Source: Macrostomum lignano (lineage: Eukaryota). Taken from it: DNA of 64,000 nt. This document shows, in pieces, positions 1 through 13,800 of the stretch; position 1 is the first letter of the stretch; every line of letters starts with the position of its first letter. Both the position numbers and the translations under genes were made by a program. Under the pieces are notes generated by a model that was not told the DNA's origin, made no database searches, and saw only the letters and a program-made list of their open reading frames with translations. The stretch is from positions 22,320 to 86,319 of the forward strand of contig NIVC01003638.1 of NCBI GenBank assembly GCA_002269645.1, read 5' to 3'.

Positions 1-1862
1 TAATTATTAACTATTAACTAACCTCATCATTATTCACTCTTTCACCATCATTTCACCCATGGCTTGCTAAGCCTTTCTCCCGGGGTTGCAAAGCATAAGG
101 AAGTTTGGGTAAGCTAATGGCCTCTCCCCGTGCAAAGCTCGCCTGTGAGTGCGTGCTGCGGGGCCGCGTGTGCGTGCAGTAGAGGGATTAGCGAGTCTTG
201 GCACAGAATGGCAGCAGGAAGGTTGCAACCCCATGCTGACGCGTCCCTTCGCCTTGAGCAATCTAAACTAGAGACAGTACATGTTCGCCTCATACTACTC
301 TTAGTAATCAAAGTCGCAAGTCCGCCTCGCTCACAGCCACAAAGGATCCCCTGCTGAGAAATCCTCCAGATTGAGCCCAGAGTTCCCGATCATGCCCCCA
401 AGCAGAGTCCCTGTACTCGGCTGCATGTGTCTCCCCTGTTAGCCTAAATCTCCTGGTAACCATCCCAGGCGGGGCTCTAGCCTCGAGAGGTCTGGTAGAA
501 AGATCCAGGTGCGCCAGGTCACATAGAGTGGTGGCAGCCACTCGGTCATACTATGACCGAGTGACCAACTATTGCACCTTGGCTACAGGTGGGGTCCATG
601 TGGGTCTTTGGCCCTCTGGTCACAAAGCGCTACCAATTAAGCTATCAATCATGTGGGCGGGACAGTCTGGTGCTGGAGGTCCGTCAGGTCATTGCCCAGT
701 CATAGGCAGCCTACGGTCATTGCCCCCTCTGGTCATGCGTTCGTCTCTCTACGGAGCGGACAGGCGACAAGGGCGGTTACATCAATTGATTTATATTGAG
801 TGCAAGGTAAGCTGCGCGCAAATTCCATACAGTAAAATACCAGAGAGAAGTATTTGAATTGCCATGTATGAACATGCTACAGAATTTCCAAATCAACCGG
901 CCTATATATATAAATACAGGCTCGCTCAAGGATAAAGTGTTATGCGTGATATATGTACATTAGGGATCCGGTCCGAGACTTGTACATACTGCAGTACATA
1001 AATCTATTTACAAGTACTCTCGTACAAGTTACATATTCCGAACTTGCACACGCATGAATTATACCAGTATTTAAGCTGTTGAAAATTAGTTGAATTCAGA
1101 ATAGCAAATTTGCCTAAAGAGAGCTGGGGGACCTATATCGCTCGTCTTTTTTCATTTCATAATTAAGTTTTGTGAAATTTAGGTCTTATCGGCACCTTTT
1201 AATCTTCAAACGCAAAATAATTAGTAAACTGCTGTTCCTTTTTAAAGTATCGTCCGACAAGTTGATATTTGTCAGGGCCATTGTTATACGTATGTTGTAA
1301 CGTATTGAACTGCATATTTAACATAAAATATTAAATTTTAGTAAAAATAAGAGATCAAAAAGTTTTTTATTTTGGTTAATGTGCTTACAGCCACAAAAAT
1401 GCCTTCTTTGATTTAACTATTAAATATTTTTCTGAGAACTTTAGGCACAAATTTAACATGATTAAAACGAGCATGGTTTATACCGCCCGATCATCACCAA
1501 GTGATATTATTTGATTGATAAGCCTACCCACCCTGCTCTACAACTAGCTAAGACTTTTTGATTGAGTTGAGTTGAGAAGAAAAAATACTAAAGCTTGTCC
1601 GAATTGTTTTTTCTCAAGTATATTTTCTGTAAAAGAGTAAAACATTTACTTTTGATACTTTGTCTCGTCTGTTGTCTGTTAGTTTGGGTTCGGGCCTAGG
1701 CCTATGATTTTGTAAATATATTGTATAGGCTATTGCAAAATTTGACCATTCTAATATTGCTACAGTAAAAAGACGGTGCCCTTAACAAATCAGTAGATGA
1801 AATCAGTAAAAAATAGTCTGTTGTTGGTTTTTTGAGTTTAATTATTTTATTCTCAAAGTAAA

Positions 1863-4800
1863 ATGTCAATGCCAATGGACATAGATATATCTTGTCTCCC
1901 ACTGGATGTCCGTGCAAAACTAGCAGAACTTGAGTTGGAACTATCAGATGGTGAGTGGTGTTATTTTTATCTTAAAAATATGAGATATACAATATATAGG
2001 CTTAATTCATAAATCTAAAAAATTGCAAAATTCTCTTTCTTTGCATAATTAATCACCTATTTATTTTTTAGTTTTAAATACTTAATTAGGCTTATATTGT
2101 GCTATTATTTAATACAAGATTTTTAAACTGATCTTTTAGCTAAAAATCTTAATTTATCTAAAATGATTTTAAAGTGAAGCCCATAGTCTGGTTCATGCTG
2201 GGTGCACACCCGAAAAAAAATTAGTACACGCCCATTCTCAAAAATATGCCGGTGTTGCAATAATAAATGACCTTTTTTATGTTGTGACAATAAAAGACCT
2301 TTTTTAATTTGCGTAATACACCCTTATTATTAGATAATTTTATGGCTTTTAAGGCTTTTTTGGCGATACTATTTACAGCCGAAAGTTTATACATGCAAAT
2401 ATTTGTTTAAATACTCTTTTACAAGCTGGAAAAAAACGGAAAGCTTGAAATTTGCGCCTAAAAATGAACTTTTTTATCTTTTTTCTACTTTACAATAACT
2501 CTTACACATGATTCTATAAAGTGCATGCCAGGTGTGCACGCATACTTTTTTCTCAGGAGTGATGCACACCAACTGTGCACGCCTAATTTTGGTGTGCAAA
2601 GCCAATGCATGCCCAAATTTTTGGGCATATACTATATCACTTAATAACTGACAAATAAGACTATTGAAGCCTTTAATTTTAGAGATAAAGCAGTAAAAAT
2701 GAATTAATGACATGTTGTTAGCTTTAAAGGGTTTTTTCAAGACAACATTAAGTCCCTTGGATTAAAAATAAAAAAATAAAGATTTCTAATGCTGTATATA
2801 CATTGTGCAAATAGGATAATAGTGGACTAAAGTTAAGATGAATATTTTTACTTTTAATGTAAATAGCCTAGTGAAGCTTATTAGTCCCTTAGATCAAAGA
2901 CTAAACAATAGATTTTCTATACCATATGCATATGCACCTTGTATAACTGGAGTAGTAGGGGCTAAAGTTAAGATAAATATATCCTAGCCATTTTTATGCA
3001 ATAAATGAGATTCTATTAATGAGTGATAAGTTGAAGTATTTATTATCACTCTGTACTCCAGCACTATATTATAGTAAATGATAGATAACTATTGTCATTG
3101 GATTTAGCTTCATTAAAATTTATGGGATGTTATAAGAAAATTTATTATATATATGGATAAAGATTGGCTATGGGAGAAATTAAATATATTTGCCAATATA
3201 CAAGCTAGATATGGGAAAATTTTGGTTATAGTAGAGCTCTAACATCTACCCTAACTTTACTATATTGATAAACCATTTTTTTATTTAATTTATAAAATTT
3301 TTTTGCCTTCTTAAATACTTGTCTCACTATACTATGTCTCTTTTTTATGCCAACTATGCTAAAATATGCTTCCAAAATTCCAATGCTCTGCTTAACAATT
3401 GGTCTAAGTAAAGTTTATATATCAAAATATACAAACTCTACTTGCAACTATATAACTTTATTTTGCATTAATATTTACCTACTTTTTATATAATGTTAAT
3501 ATAGATTAATGGTCTCCAGCAGTCTATTAATGTGTACTTACATACTGCATTGAACTTTCAATACTGTTAGATTTCCACACGTGTTTTTCTTGTTTTTCAA
3601 CATTTAAAGGCGACATCACCCAGAAGGGATATAAGAAGAAGCGAGCCAGACTATTGGACCCCTACATTGCCAAGAAGCAGCAGCAAGGACCAGCCGCTAG
3701 CGCCAGTGGAGAAGGTGGCAGTGGCGCCAGCGCCGCGTCTCCAGCTGTGCGTTGCCAAGCAGGCGGCGGCGGCAGACGCGACGATATTCGCTATCACTCG
3801 GAGATTCGAGCCGAGGCTGTGCAGGCTGCGCTAGCCAGGAATAGGGAGGCTTCAGCTGCCGGCCCGGCTGGCGTGACGACCGGTGCACCACCCGCTGCGC
3901 CGCCTGCGCCCTCTGGTCGGCGTGTACAGCAGTCATCTGGCACTGCGGCAGCTGTTCGATGTGAGTCTGAGCTGCAGTTGTGCTGCTCTTATTGGTTTTT
4001 TCCTGCTGATTGAGTAATGTCTGAGAGCAGATAGATTACAGTCAGTCAAACAGATACCCAAAGACAGGCAGACAGGTGTCCAAAGACATGCAGACAGATA
4101 CCCGGACAGTCAGACAGATGCCCAAAGACAGTCAGAAAGATACCCAAAGACAGTCAGACAGATGCCCAAAGACATGCAGACAGATACCCAAAGACAGTCA
4201 GACAGATGCCCAAAGACATGCAGACAGATGCCCAAAGACATGCAGACAGATGCCCAAAGACAGGCAGACAGGTGCCCAAAGACAGTCAGACAGATACCCA
4301 AAGACAGGCAGACAGATGCCCAAAGACAGTCAGACAGATTCCCAAAGACAGTCAGACAGATACCCAAAGACAGTCAGACAGATACCCAAAGACAGGCAGA
4401 CAGATGCCCAAAGATAGACAGACAGATTCCCAAAGACAGGCAGACAGATGCCCAAAGACAGTCAGACAGATACCCAAAGACATGCAGACAGATGCCCAAA
4501 GACAGGCAGACAGGTGCCCAAAGACAGTCAGACAGATACCCAAAGACAGGCAGACAGATGCCCAAAGAAATGCAGACAGATGCCCAAAGACATGCAGACA
4601 GATGCCCAAAGACAGGCAGACAGGTGCCCAAAGACAGTCAGACAGATACCCAGACATGCAGACAGATGCCCAAATACATGCAGACAGATGCCCAAAGACA
4701 GGCAGACAGATGCCCAAAGACAGGCAGACAGGTGCCCAAAGACAGTCAGACAGATACCCAGACATGCAGACAGATGCCCAAATACATGCAGACAGATGCC

Positions 4801-7800
4801 CAAAGACATGCAGACAGATGCCCAAAGACAGGCAGACAGGTGCCCAAAGACAGTCAGACAGATACCCAAAGACAGGCAGACAGATGCCCAAAGACATGCA
4901 GACAGATGCCCAAAGACAGGCAGACAGGTGCCCAAAGACAGTCAGACAGATACCCAAAGACAGTCAGACAGATACCCAAAGACAGGCAGACAGATGCCCA
5001 AAGAAATGCAGACAGATACCCAGACATGCAGACAGATGCCCAAATACATGCAGACAGATACCCAGACAGTCAGACAGATGCCCAAAGATAGTCAGACAGA
5101 TACCCAAAGACAGGCAGACAGATGTCCAAAGACAGTCAGACAGATACCCAAAGACAGGCAGACAGATGCCCAAAGATAGACAGACAGATTCCCAAAGACA
5201 GGCAGACAGATGCCCAAAGACATGCAGACAGATGCCCAAAGACAGGCAGACAGGTGCCCAAAGACAGTCAGACAGATACCCAAAGACAGGCAGACAGATG
5301 CCCAAAGAAATGCAGACAGATACCCAGACATGCAGACAGATGCCCAAATACATGCAGACAGATACCCAGACAGTCAGACAGATGCCCAAAGATAGTCAGA
5401 CAGATACCCAAAGACAGGCAGACAGATGTCCAAAGACAGTCAGACAGATACCCAAAGACAGGCAGACAGATGCCCAAAGATAGACAGACAGATTCCCAAA
5501 GACAGGCAGACAGATGCCCAAAGACAGTCAGACAGATACCCAAAGACATGCAGACAGATGCCCAATGACAGTCAGACAGATACCCAAAGATAGGCAGACA
5601 GATTCCCAAAGACATGCAGACAGATACCCAAAGACAGGCAGACAGATGCCCAAAGACAGTCAGACAGATTCCCAAAGACAGTCAGACAGATACCCAAAGA
5701 CAGTCAGACAGATACCCAAAGACAGGCAGACAGATGCCCAAAGATAGACAGACAGATTCCCAAAGACAGGCAGACAGATGCCCAAAGACAGTCAGACAGA
5801 TACCCAAAGACATGCAGACAGATGCCCAATGACAGTCAGACAGATGCCCAAAGACATGCAGACAGATACCCAAAGACAGTCAGACAGATGCCCAAAGATA
5901 GACAGACAGATTCCCAAAGACAGGCAGACAGATGCCCAAAGACAGTCAGACAGATACCCAAAGATAGGCAGACAGATTCCCAAAGACATGCAGACAGATA
6001 CCCAAAGACAGGCAGACAGATGCCCAAAGACAGTCAGACAGATTCCCAAAGACAGTCAGACAGATACCCAAAGACAGTCAGACAGATACCCAAAGACAGG
6101 CAGACAGATGCCCAAAGATAGACAGACAGATTCCCAAAGACAGGCAGACTGATGCCCAAAGACAGTCAGACAGATACCCAAAGACATGCAGACAGATGCC
6201 CAATGACAGTCAGACAGATGTCCAAAGACATGCAGACAGATACCCAAAGACATGCAGACAGATACCCAAAGACAGTCAGACAGATGCCCAAAGACAGTCC
6301 GACAGATTCCCAAAGACAGTCAGACAGATACCCAAAGACAGTCAGACAGATACCCAAAGACAGTCAGACAGATGTCCAAAGACATGCAGACAGATACCCA
6401 AAGACATGCAGACAGATACCCAAAGACATGCAGACAGATACCCAAAGACATGCAGACAGATACCCAAAGACAGTCAGACAGATACCCAAAGACATGCAGA
6501 CAGATACCCAAAGACAGTCAGACAGATGCCCAAAGACAGTCCGACAGATGCCCAAAGACATGCAGACAGATACCCAAAGACAGTCCGACAGATGCCCAAA
6601 GATAGGCAGACAGATGCCCAAAGACAGTCAGACAGATGCCCAAAGATAGGCAGACAGATGCCCAAAGACAGTCAGACATATGTCCAAAGACATGCAGACA
6701 GATACCCAAAGACATGCAGACAGATACCCAAAGACATGCAGACAGCCGATACCCAGACTCGATCTAGCCACTACAAGTAAATATTGCAATTGGACAGCAT
6801 TTCGAAGAAAAATCAATGAATTTCATTCAAACCTTTCAGTGGCCAGCGACGGCGACTCAACTGACGATGCACTGGACGACGACGACGATGACGACGGAGA
6901 GGAAGACGACGACGCTGACATCAGCGAAGAGGCGGAGAACAACGCCGGCAATGGTGGCGCAGCATTCACGCTTGACGCCGGCAGTTCAAGCGCTGATGGG
7001 TCGCTGCCGTCTGCCCAGCAACAGCAGCAGCAGCCGCCGCAGCAATCTTCGCCAGCTCGCACCCAGCAGCAGCAGCAGTCTAGCACTGGAGCCTACGTGA
7101 TTCGCGGCAATGCTTATCTAGGCATGCCCACGAACGACAGTCGGCATATCGGCATGGACAGCGGCGGGGGCGGCGGCGGAGGCAACGCTTCCATGTCTAC
7201 ACTGCGTCGAGTTGACGACGCTGTTGGTCAGCAGCGCTCCAAGAAGCAGCAACAGCAGCAGCAACAGACCTCGACGCCAGGTCCGCCGCCACAGTCGCGC
7301 ACCTCGGCAAAGATTCAACAGCTGATGCAGACTCTGGCGCATCCGAAGCGTCGCCCGCTACCTGAAATGTACGCTGACGACGAAGACGACGATTTATTGC
7401 CGACAAACGCTGCCGGCGCGGATCGGCGCCAGTCGGCAAAGTCGACTGACGCGTCGGCGCCGAAGCCGCAGGGCGAGGAGAGCCTGCCGGTGGTCGGCGA
7501 GCCGGCCGCCCTGCCGCCGCCGTCTCACGCCAGCATCGAGGAAGCCCTGGCCAGGGCAGCATCGTCAAAGTCCACCGCCGTGTCCACCATGGAGCCGGGC
7601 GGCAGGCTGTCATCCGGGCTGACCTACGCCAAGCTCTATAGCCGATCGCGGAAGCTGGCGCATCATCTGCTCAACCGACTGGGCCATCGGGGCGATCTCA
7701 GCTTGAAACCCGGCGACAGAGTGGCTTTGGCCTATCCTGGCCACGATCCCTCCGGATTTGCTGTCGGATTTCTCGCCTGCCAGCTGGCTGGTCTGGTGGC

Positions 7801-10800
7801 TGTGCCCGTTGAACCGCCGCCTCTGTGCGTGTCAGCTACCGGCTTTTTACTCAGCTCGCTTGAGGTGAGACTGCCGGTTAATTGCTGCGTTTTGACGTTT
7901 GGATTGGCTTAGCGTTGTCTCTTACAACGGCTGAAACAATTGTTCCATCTGGTGGCTTCAGGGAAGCAGTAGTTCAGTCTGGTGGCTTCAGGGAAGCGGT
8001 AGTTCAGTCTGGTACGTAGCTTCCGGGAAGCGGTAGTTCAGTCTGATGGCTTCAGGGAAGCGTTAGTTCAGTCTGGTGGCTTCAGGGAAGCGGTAGTTCA
8101 GTCTGATCTGATGGCTTCAGGGAAGCGGTAGTTCAGTCTGATAGCTTCAGGGAAGCGGTAGTTCAGTCTGATCTGATGGCTTCAGGGAAGCGGTAGTTCA
8201 GTCTGATGGCTTCAGGGAAGCGTTAATTCAGTCTGGTGGCTTCAGGGAAGCGGTAGTTCAGTCTGGTGGCTTCAGGGAAGCGGTAGTTCAGTCTGATCTG
8301 ATGGCTTCAGGGAAGCGGTAGTTCAGTCTGATGGCTTCAGGGAAGCGGTAGTTCAGTCTGATGGCTTCAGGGAAGCGGTAGTTCAGTCTGGTGGCTTCAG
8401 GGAAGCGGTAGTTCAGTCTGGTACGTAGCTTCCGGGAAGCGGTAGTTCAGTCTGGTACGTAGCTTCCGGGAAGCGGTAGTTCAATCTGATGGCTTCAGGG
8501 AAGCGGTAGTTCTATCTGATGGCTTCATGGAAGCGGTAGTTCAATCTGATGGCTTCAGGGAACCGGTAGTTCAATCTGATGGCTTCAGGGAACCGGTAGT
8601 TCAATCTGATGGCTTCAGGGAAGCGGTAGTTCTATCTGATGGCTTCAGGGAAGCGGTAGTTCAATCTGATGGCTTCAGGGAAGCGGTAGTTCAGTCTGGT
8701 GGCTTCAGGGAAGCGGTAGTTCAGTCTGGTGGCTTCAGGGAAGCGGTAGTTCAGTCTGGTGGCTTCAGGGAAGCGGTAGTTCAGTCTGATGGCTTCAGGG
8801 AAGCGGTAGTTCAGTCTGGTGGCTTCAGTCTAATTAATAGCAATTTTAAACCCGTAATACATTGACCCCGGCATAATCCAAGGTTCGAGTCCTGCTCACA
8901 AACGACTCATTCTTCCGAGCTGTAACCAAAGGCGGGCACGAGCCGCCGACATATCCGGGCTGGCCGCCCGGCCTGCTCTGGTCCACTGCGGGCGGCGGCG
9001 ACTCAAGCAGCAACTTGGCCACGCCGCCAAAGGACTGGCAGGCGCCGGCCCTGGCGCCCGGCGGCATTGATCCAGCCAACTTGGCCTGCATTGAATACGC
9101 CTACGGCCGCGATGGCAGCGTTAGAGGTGTCTGCATTACCCGGGCCGCACTGCTGGCCCACACTGCGGCACTGTGCTCTACGCTTGGCTATAGCAACGGC
9201 GAGACTATGCTGTGCCTGTTGGACGCCAAGCGCGAGCTGGGCCTGTGGCACGGCCTGCTGGCCGCTATCTGCTCCGGCGTGCACACAATTCACGTGCCTT
9301 ACAATGTGATGAAAGCCGAGCCGCTGTCCTGGCTGCGACTGCTGTCTAAGCTCAGGGCATCGCTTGCTCTAGCTAAATCTCGCGACCTATACTGGTCTCT
9401 GCTAGCTGCTGGCAGAGATTCTCAGCATCATCACAAGAGTAGCCATTCGGATATCAATTTGGCTTCGCTGCGCTGTTTAATCGTGTCGGACGGCGCTAAT
9501 CCTTGGTCTCTAACCAGCTGCGATTCTTTTGTAGCCGCGTTTAAATCGCGCGGCCTTCGCTCGGAGGTGATGTGCCCGTGCGCTTATTCATCGGAATCGC
9601 TGACAGTGTCCGTGCGTAGGCCCGCCAGTAACGCCAGCTCAGACAGCGGCGGAGCTACTGGCAGAGGCGTGTTGAGCATGCTGGGCCTGAGTCACGGCGT
9701 TGTACGAGTGGACTCGGAGGCCTCGTATACGTCATTGACACTGCAGGATTGCGGACAGGTGAGGCCGGGGAGCGACGGAGGAGCTGGGGGAGGAAGGAAT
9801 GCATCCTACAGGTAGGAGAGGGGAAAAAGGGTGTAAGAGAGGGGGAGGGGTTGTAGGAGAGGGGAAAGGGGTGTAGGAGAGGGGAAAGGGGTGTTGGAGA
9901 GGGGGAGGGGTTGTAGGAGAGGGGAAAGGGGTGTAGGAGAGGGGAAAGGGGTGTTGGAGAGGGGAAAGGGATGTAGGAGAGGGGAAAGGGGTGTTGGAGA
10001 GGGGAAGGGATGTAGGAGAGGGGAAAGGGGTGTAGGAGAGGAGAAAAGAATGTAGGAGAGGGCAAAAAGATGTAGGAGAGGGATGGGGAATGTAGGAGAG
10101 GGAAAGGGGTGTAGGAGAGGGGAAAGGGGTGTTGGAGAGGGGAAAGGGATGTAGGAGAGGGAAAGGGGTGTAGGAGAGGGGAAAGGGGTGTTGGAGAGGG
10201 GAAAGGGATGTAGGAGAGGGGAAAGGGGTGTTGGAGAGGGGAAAGGGATGTAGGAGAGGGGAAAGGGGTGTAGGAGAGGGGAAAGGACTGTAGGAGAGGA
10301 GAAAAGGATGTAGGAGAGGGCAAAGGGATTTAGGAGAGAGGAAAGGGGTGTAGGAGAGGGCAAAGGGATGTAGGAGAGGGGATAGGGGTGTAGGAGCGGG
10401 GAAAGGGATGTAGGAGAGTCAGGGAATGTAGAAGAGAATATCAAAAATACCCAATACGCAATGATCGTCCCCATCCATGCCTTTCCAGGTGATGCCCAAC
10501 TCTGCCGTTGCTGTGGCAAAGCTCGACTCGCCCCGTCTGTGCCGTCAGGACGAAGTCGGCGAAATCTGCGTCTGCGCACGGTACACTGGGCAGCGTTACT
10601 GGGGCTTGGCTGGCCTTAGCAACCAGGTGTTCCGCTGTCAGCTAACCACGGAAGCTGGCGAGGCCGTGTCGGATGAGGATGCCTTCGTGCGGACCGGCCT
10701 GCTGGGCTTTCTGGGACCTCCGGGATCGGTGAGCTGGGATGAGAATGGCATGTATAGTTGTGAGACGGCATGTATAGTTTCGGAATGGCATTTATAATTG

Positions 10801-13800
10801 TGAAATGGCATGTATATAGTTTGGGAATGGCATGTATAGTTGTGAACTGGTATGTATAGTTTGGGAATGGCATGTATAGTTGTGGAATGGCATGTATAGT
10901 TGTGAACTGGTATGTATAGTTTGGGAATGGTATGTATAGTTTGGGAATGGCATGTATAGTTTGGGAATGGTATGTATAGTTTGGGAATGGCATGTATAGT
11001 TTGGGAATGGCATGTATAGTTGTGAGACGGCATGTATAGTTGTGGAATGGCATGTATAGTCGTGCGATGGCATGTATAGTTGTGGAATGGCATGTGTAGT
11101 TTGGGAATGGCATGTATAGTTGTGAGACGGCATGTATAGTTGTGGAATGGCATGCATAGTTGTGAGATTGAATGTATAGTTGTGGAATGGCATGTATAGT
11201 TGTGGAATGGTATGTATAGTCGTGAGATTGAATGTATAGTTGTGGAATGGCATGCATAGTTGTGAGATTGAATGTATAGTTGTGGAATGGCATGTATAGT
11301 TTGGGAATGGCATGTATAGTTGTGGAATGGTATGTATAGTCGTGAGATTGAATGTATAGTTGTGGAATGGCATGTATAGTTTGGAAATGGCATGTATAGT
11401 TGTGGAATGGCATGTATAGTTTGGGAATGGCATGTATAGTTGTGGAATGGCATGTATAGTTGTGGAATGGCATGTATAGTTGTGGAATGGCATGTATAGT
11501 TTGGGAATGGCATGTATAGTTGTGAGATGGCATGTATATAGTTTGGGAATGGCATGTATAGTTGTGGAATGGCATGTATAGTTGTGAACTGGTATGTATT
11601 GTTTGGGAATGGCATGTATAGTTGTGAACTGGTATGTATAGTTTGGGAATTGCATGTATAGCTGTGGAATAGCATGTATAATTTGAGAATGGCATGTATA
11701 GTTGTGGGATGGCATTTATATTCATGGAATGACATACAAAGTTGAAGTGGCAATGTGGTAGGGAATAGAGGAAATAATTATAAAGACACTTTTCTGTTTA
11801 ATGTAGCAATAGTGTTAGCCACACAAGTGAACAGAGCGTTTCGCATTCTGTTATTTTGTAATATTATTCCACTTGCGCCTTCGAAGGCTTATTATTACGT
11901 ACATATGGCATACAGGAGTGCATAAGTAATATAATAGCCGAGGGCACGCCCTACATATCGGACAGGCTGAGCGGGAAGGAGGGGATGAAAGGAAGGGATT
12001 AGAGGACCAGATGGAGGCCGGGTTGCGGAGGGAGAGAAAAATATGCTTGCCAGTTTTTTTTGTTTGTCCTTTCGTTCCATTGACTTCTTTAGTTTAGGCT
12101 AGGCGTGGGAGACGGGCGGGGTTGGCGCCAATGATGCTTGCCGCTATTTTTAGACTGTGCATTGTGAATCAGCCGGTCAGGCCAAGCTTTTAGATAGTAG
12201 AAAGCTGTAAGCTATAACTAATTTTATGTTGCAACTGACGCTTTGGCGTTATGGTTATAACTGGGTCGTTTTTTCTATGCTTGTTTTAGCCTTGTCTTTC
12301 CCACTTAGCTTGGGAAATCTGCCGTTTTAGAGGCTTTATTACAATAGTTATGGCTATTTAGTACAATACTGCTGTTCATATTATACACTCTCTACCAGAG
12401 AATACCCAGATTGTCTACCCTCCCCGATTGTCTACCCTCCCCGACTGTCTACCCTCCCCGACTGTCTACCCTCCCCGATTGTCTACCCTCCCTGATTGTC
12501 TACCCTCCCAGACTTTCTACCCTTCCCTACTGTCTACCCTCCCCGACTGTCTACCCTCCCCGACTGTCTACCCTCCCCGATTGTCTACCCTCCCCGACTG
12601 TCTACCCTCCCCGATTGTCTACCCTCCCCGATTGTCTACCCTCCCCGATTGTCTACCCTCCCCGACTGTCTACCCTTCCCGATTGTCTACCCTCCCCGAC
12701 TGTCTACCCTCCCCGATTGTCTACCCTCCCCGACTGTCTACCCTCCCCGACTGTCTACCCTCCCCGACTGTCTACCCTCCCCGACTGTCTACCCTCCCCG
12801 ATTCTCTTCCCTCCCCGATTCTCTTCCCTCCCCGACTGTCTACCCTCCCCGATTCTCTTCCCTCCCCGACTGTCTACCCTTCCCGATTTCCAAGCAGCTG
12901 TAGCCAATGTTAGCCGCAACACAAACTCAAAATTGTAGATAAAAGCAGAAATAACACACACACACGCACACACACCCGCGAAAAACGTTTTAAACTTTAT
13001 ATGAACAAATAACCATGACTACGAGTATATATACGGGACGGCTCTGCATACATGGATGCAGCTATAGATATATCTACAGCTATTTCTAATGCGCAATCTG
13101 GGTAGGATTGGCTGTGTAGCCATTTTTTATTTTCTCCCCTTGGTTTCGGCCCATTCCATCTCCCTCTTGTCCCCCTCCCGATCCCAACACTGCTGCCTGC
13201 ATGCTAGCAATAAATACTTTGAATGCTAGCCTTAACTTACTAATCCGGGATACGAAAATTCGTCGAATTTAATGTCCCACTTGCACACTAACGGATTGCC
13301 ATTCTCTGCAGGCCTGTGCGCTCGATCCGTATTGGGTTTTGGGATCGTTCGTCTTGGGGTTTGGGGATTATTCGTGTTGGAGTTTGGGGATTATTCGTGT
13401 TAGTTTTTTGGGATTATTCGTGTTAGTTTTTTGGGATTATTCGTGTTAGTTTTTTTGGGATTATTCGTGTTGGAGTTTGGGGATTATTCGTGTTAGTTTT
13501 TTGGGATTATTCGTGTTAGTTTTTTGGGATTATTCGTGTTGGAGTTTGGGGATTATTCGGGTAGGAGTTTGGGGATTATTCGTGTTGGAGTTTGGGGATT
13601 ATTCGTGTTGGAGTTTGGGGATTATTCGTGTTGGAGTTTGGGGATTATTCGTGTTGGAGTTTGGGGATTATTCGCATAGGGATTAAAAATGTAACCATTC
13701 ATATTGAAATAGGAATTTTTAGAATCCAGATTACTGACTCAGTAGGATTGAGAATCAACTCCCATCCAATTGAATCACACACCAGGGCGGTCTGGTGTTC

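Noticed and set aside
2740-3000. Degenerate ~130-bp direct duplication in DIP2 intron 1 (AGTCCCTT...CTAAAGTTAAGAT twice)
   Set aside because: Visible but short and decayed; no element type can be supported.
4076-6780. Dozens of overlapping MPKD/QTD and GICL ORFs
   Set aside because: They are translations of a 22-nt intronic tandem repeat lacking stops; DIP2 splices cleanly across it (3960 to 6840).
8882-8892. Perfect Pol III B-box GGTTCGAGTCC suggesting a tRNA or SINE
   Set aside because: No A-box or cloverleaf upstream; the sequence is the splice acceptor plus the VRVL codons of DIP2 exon 4.
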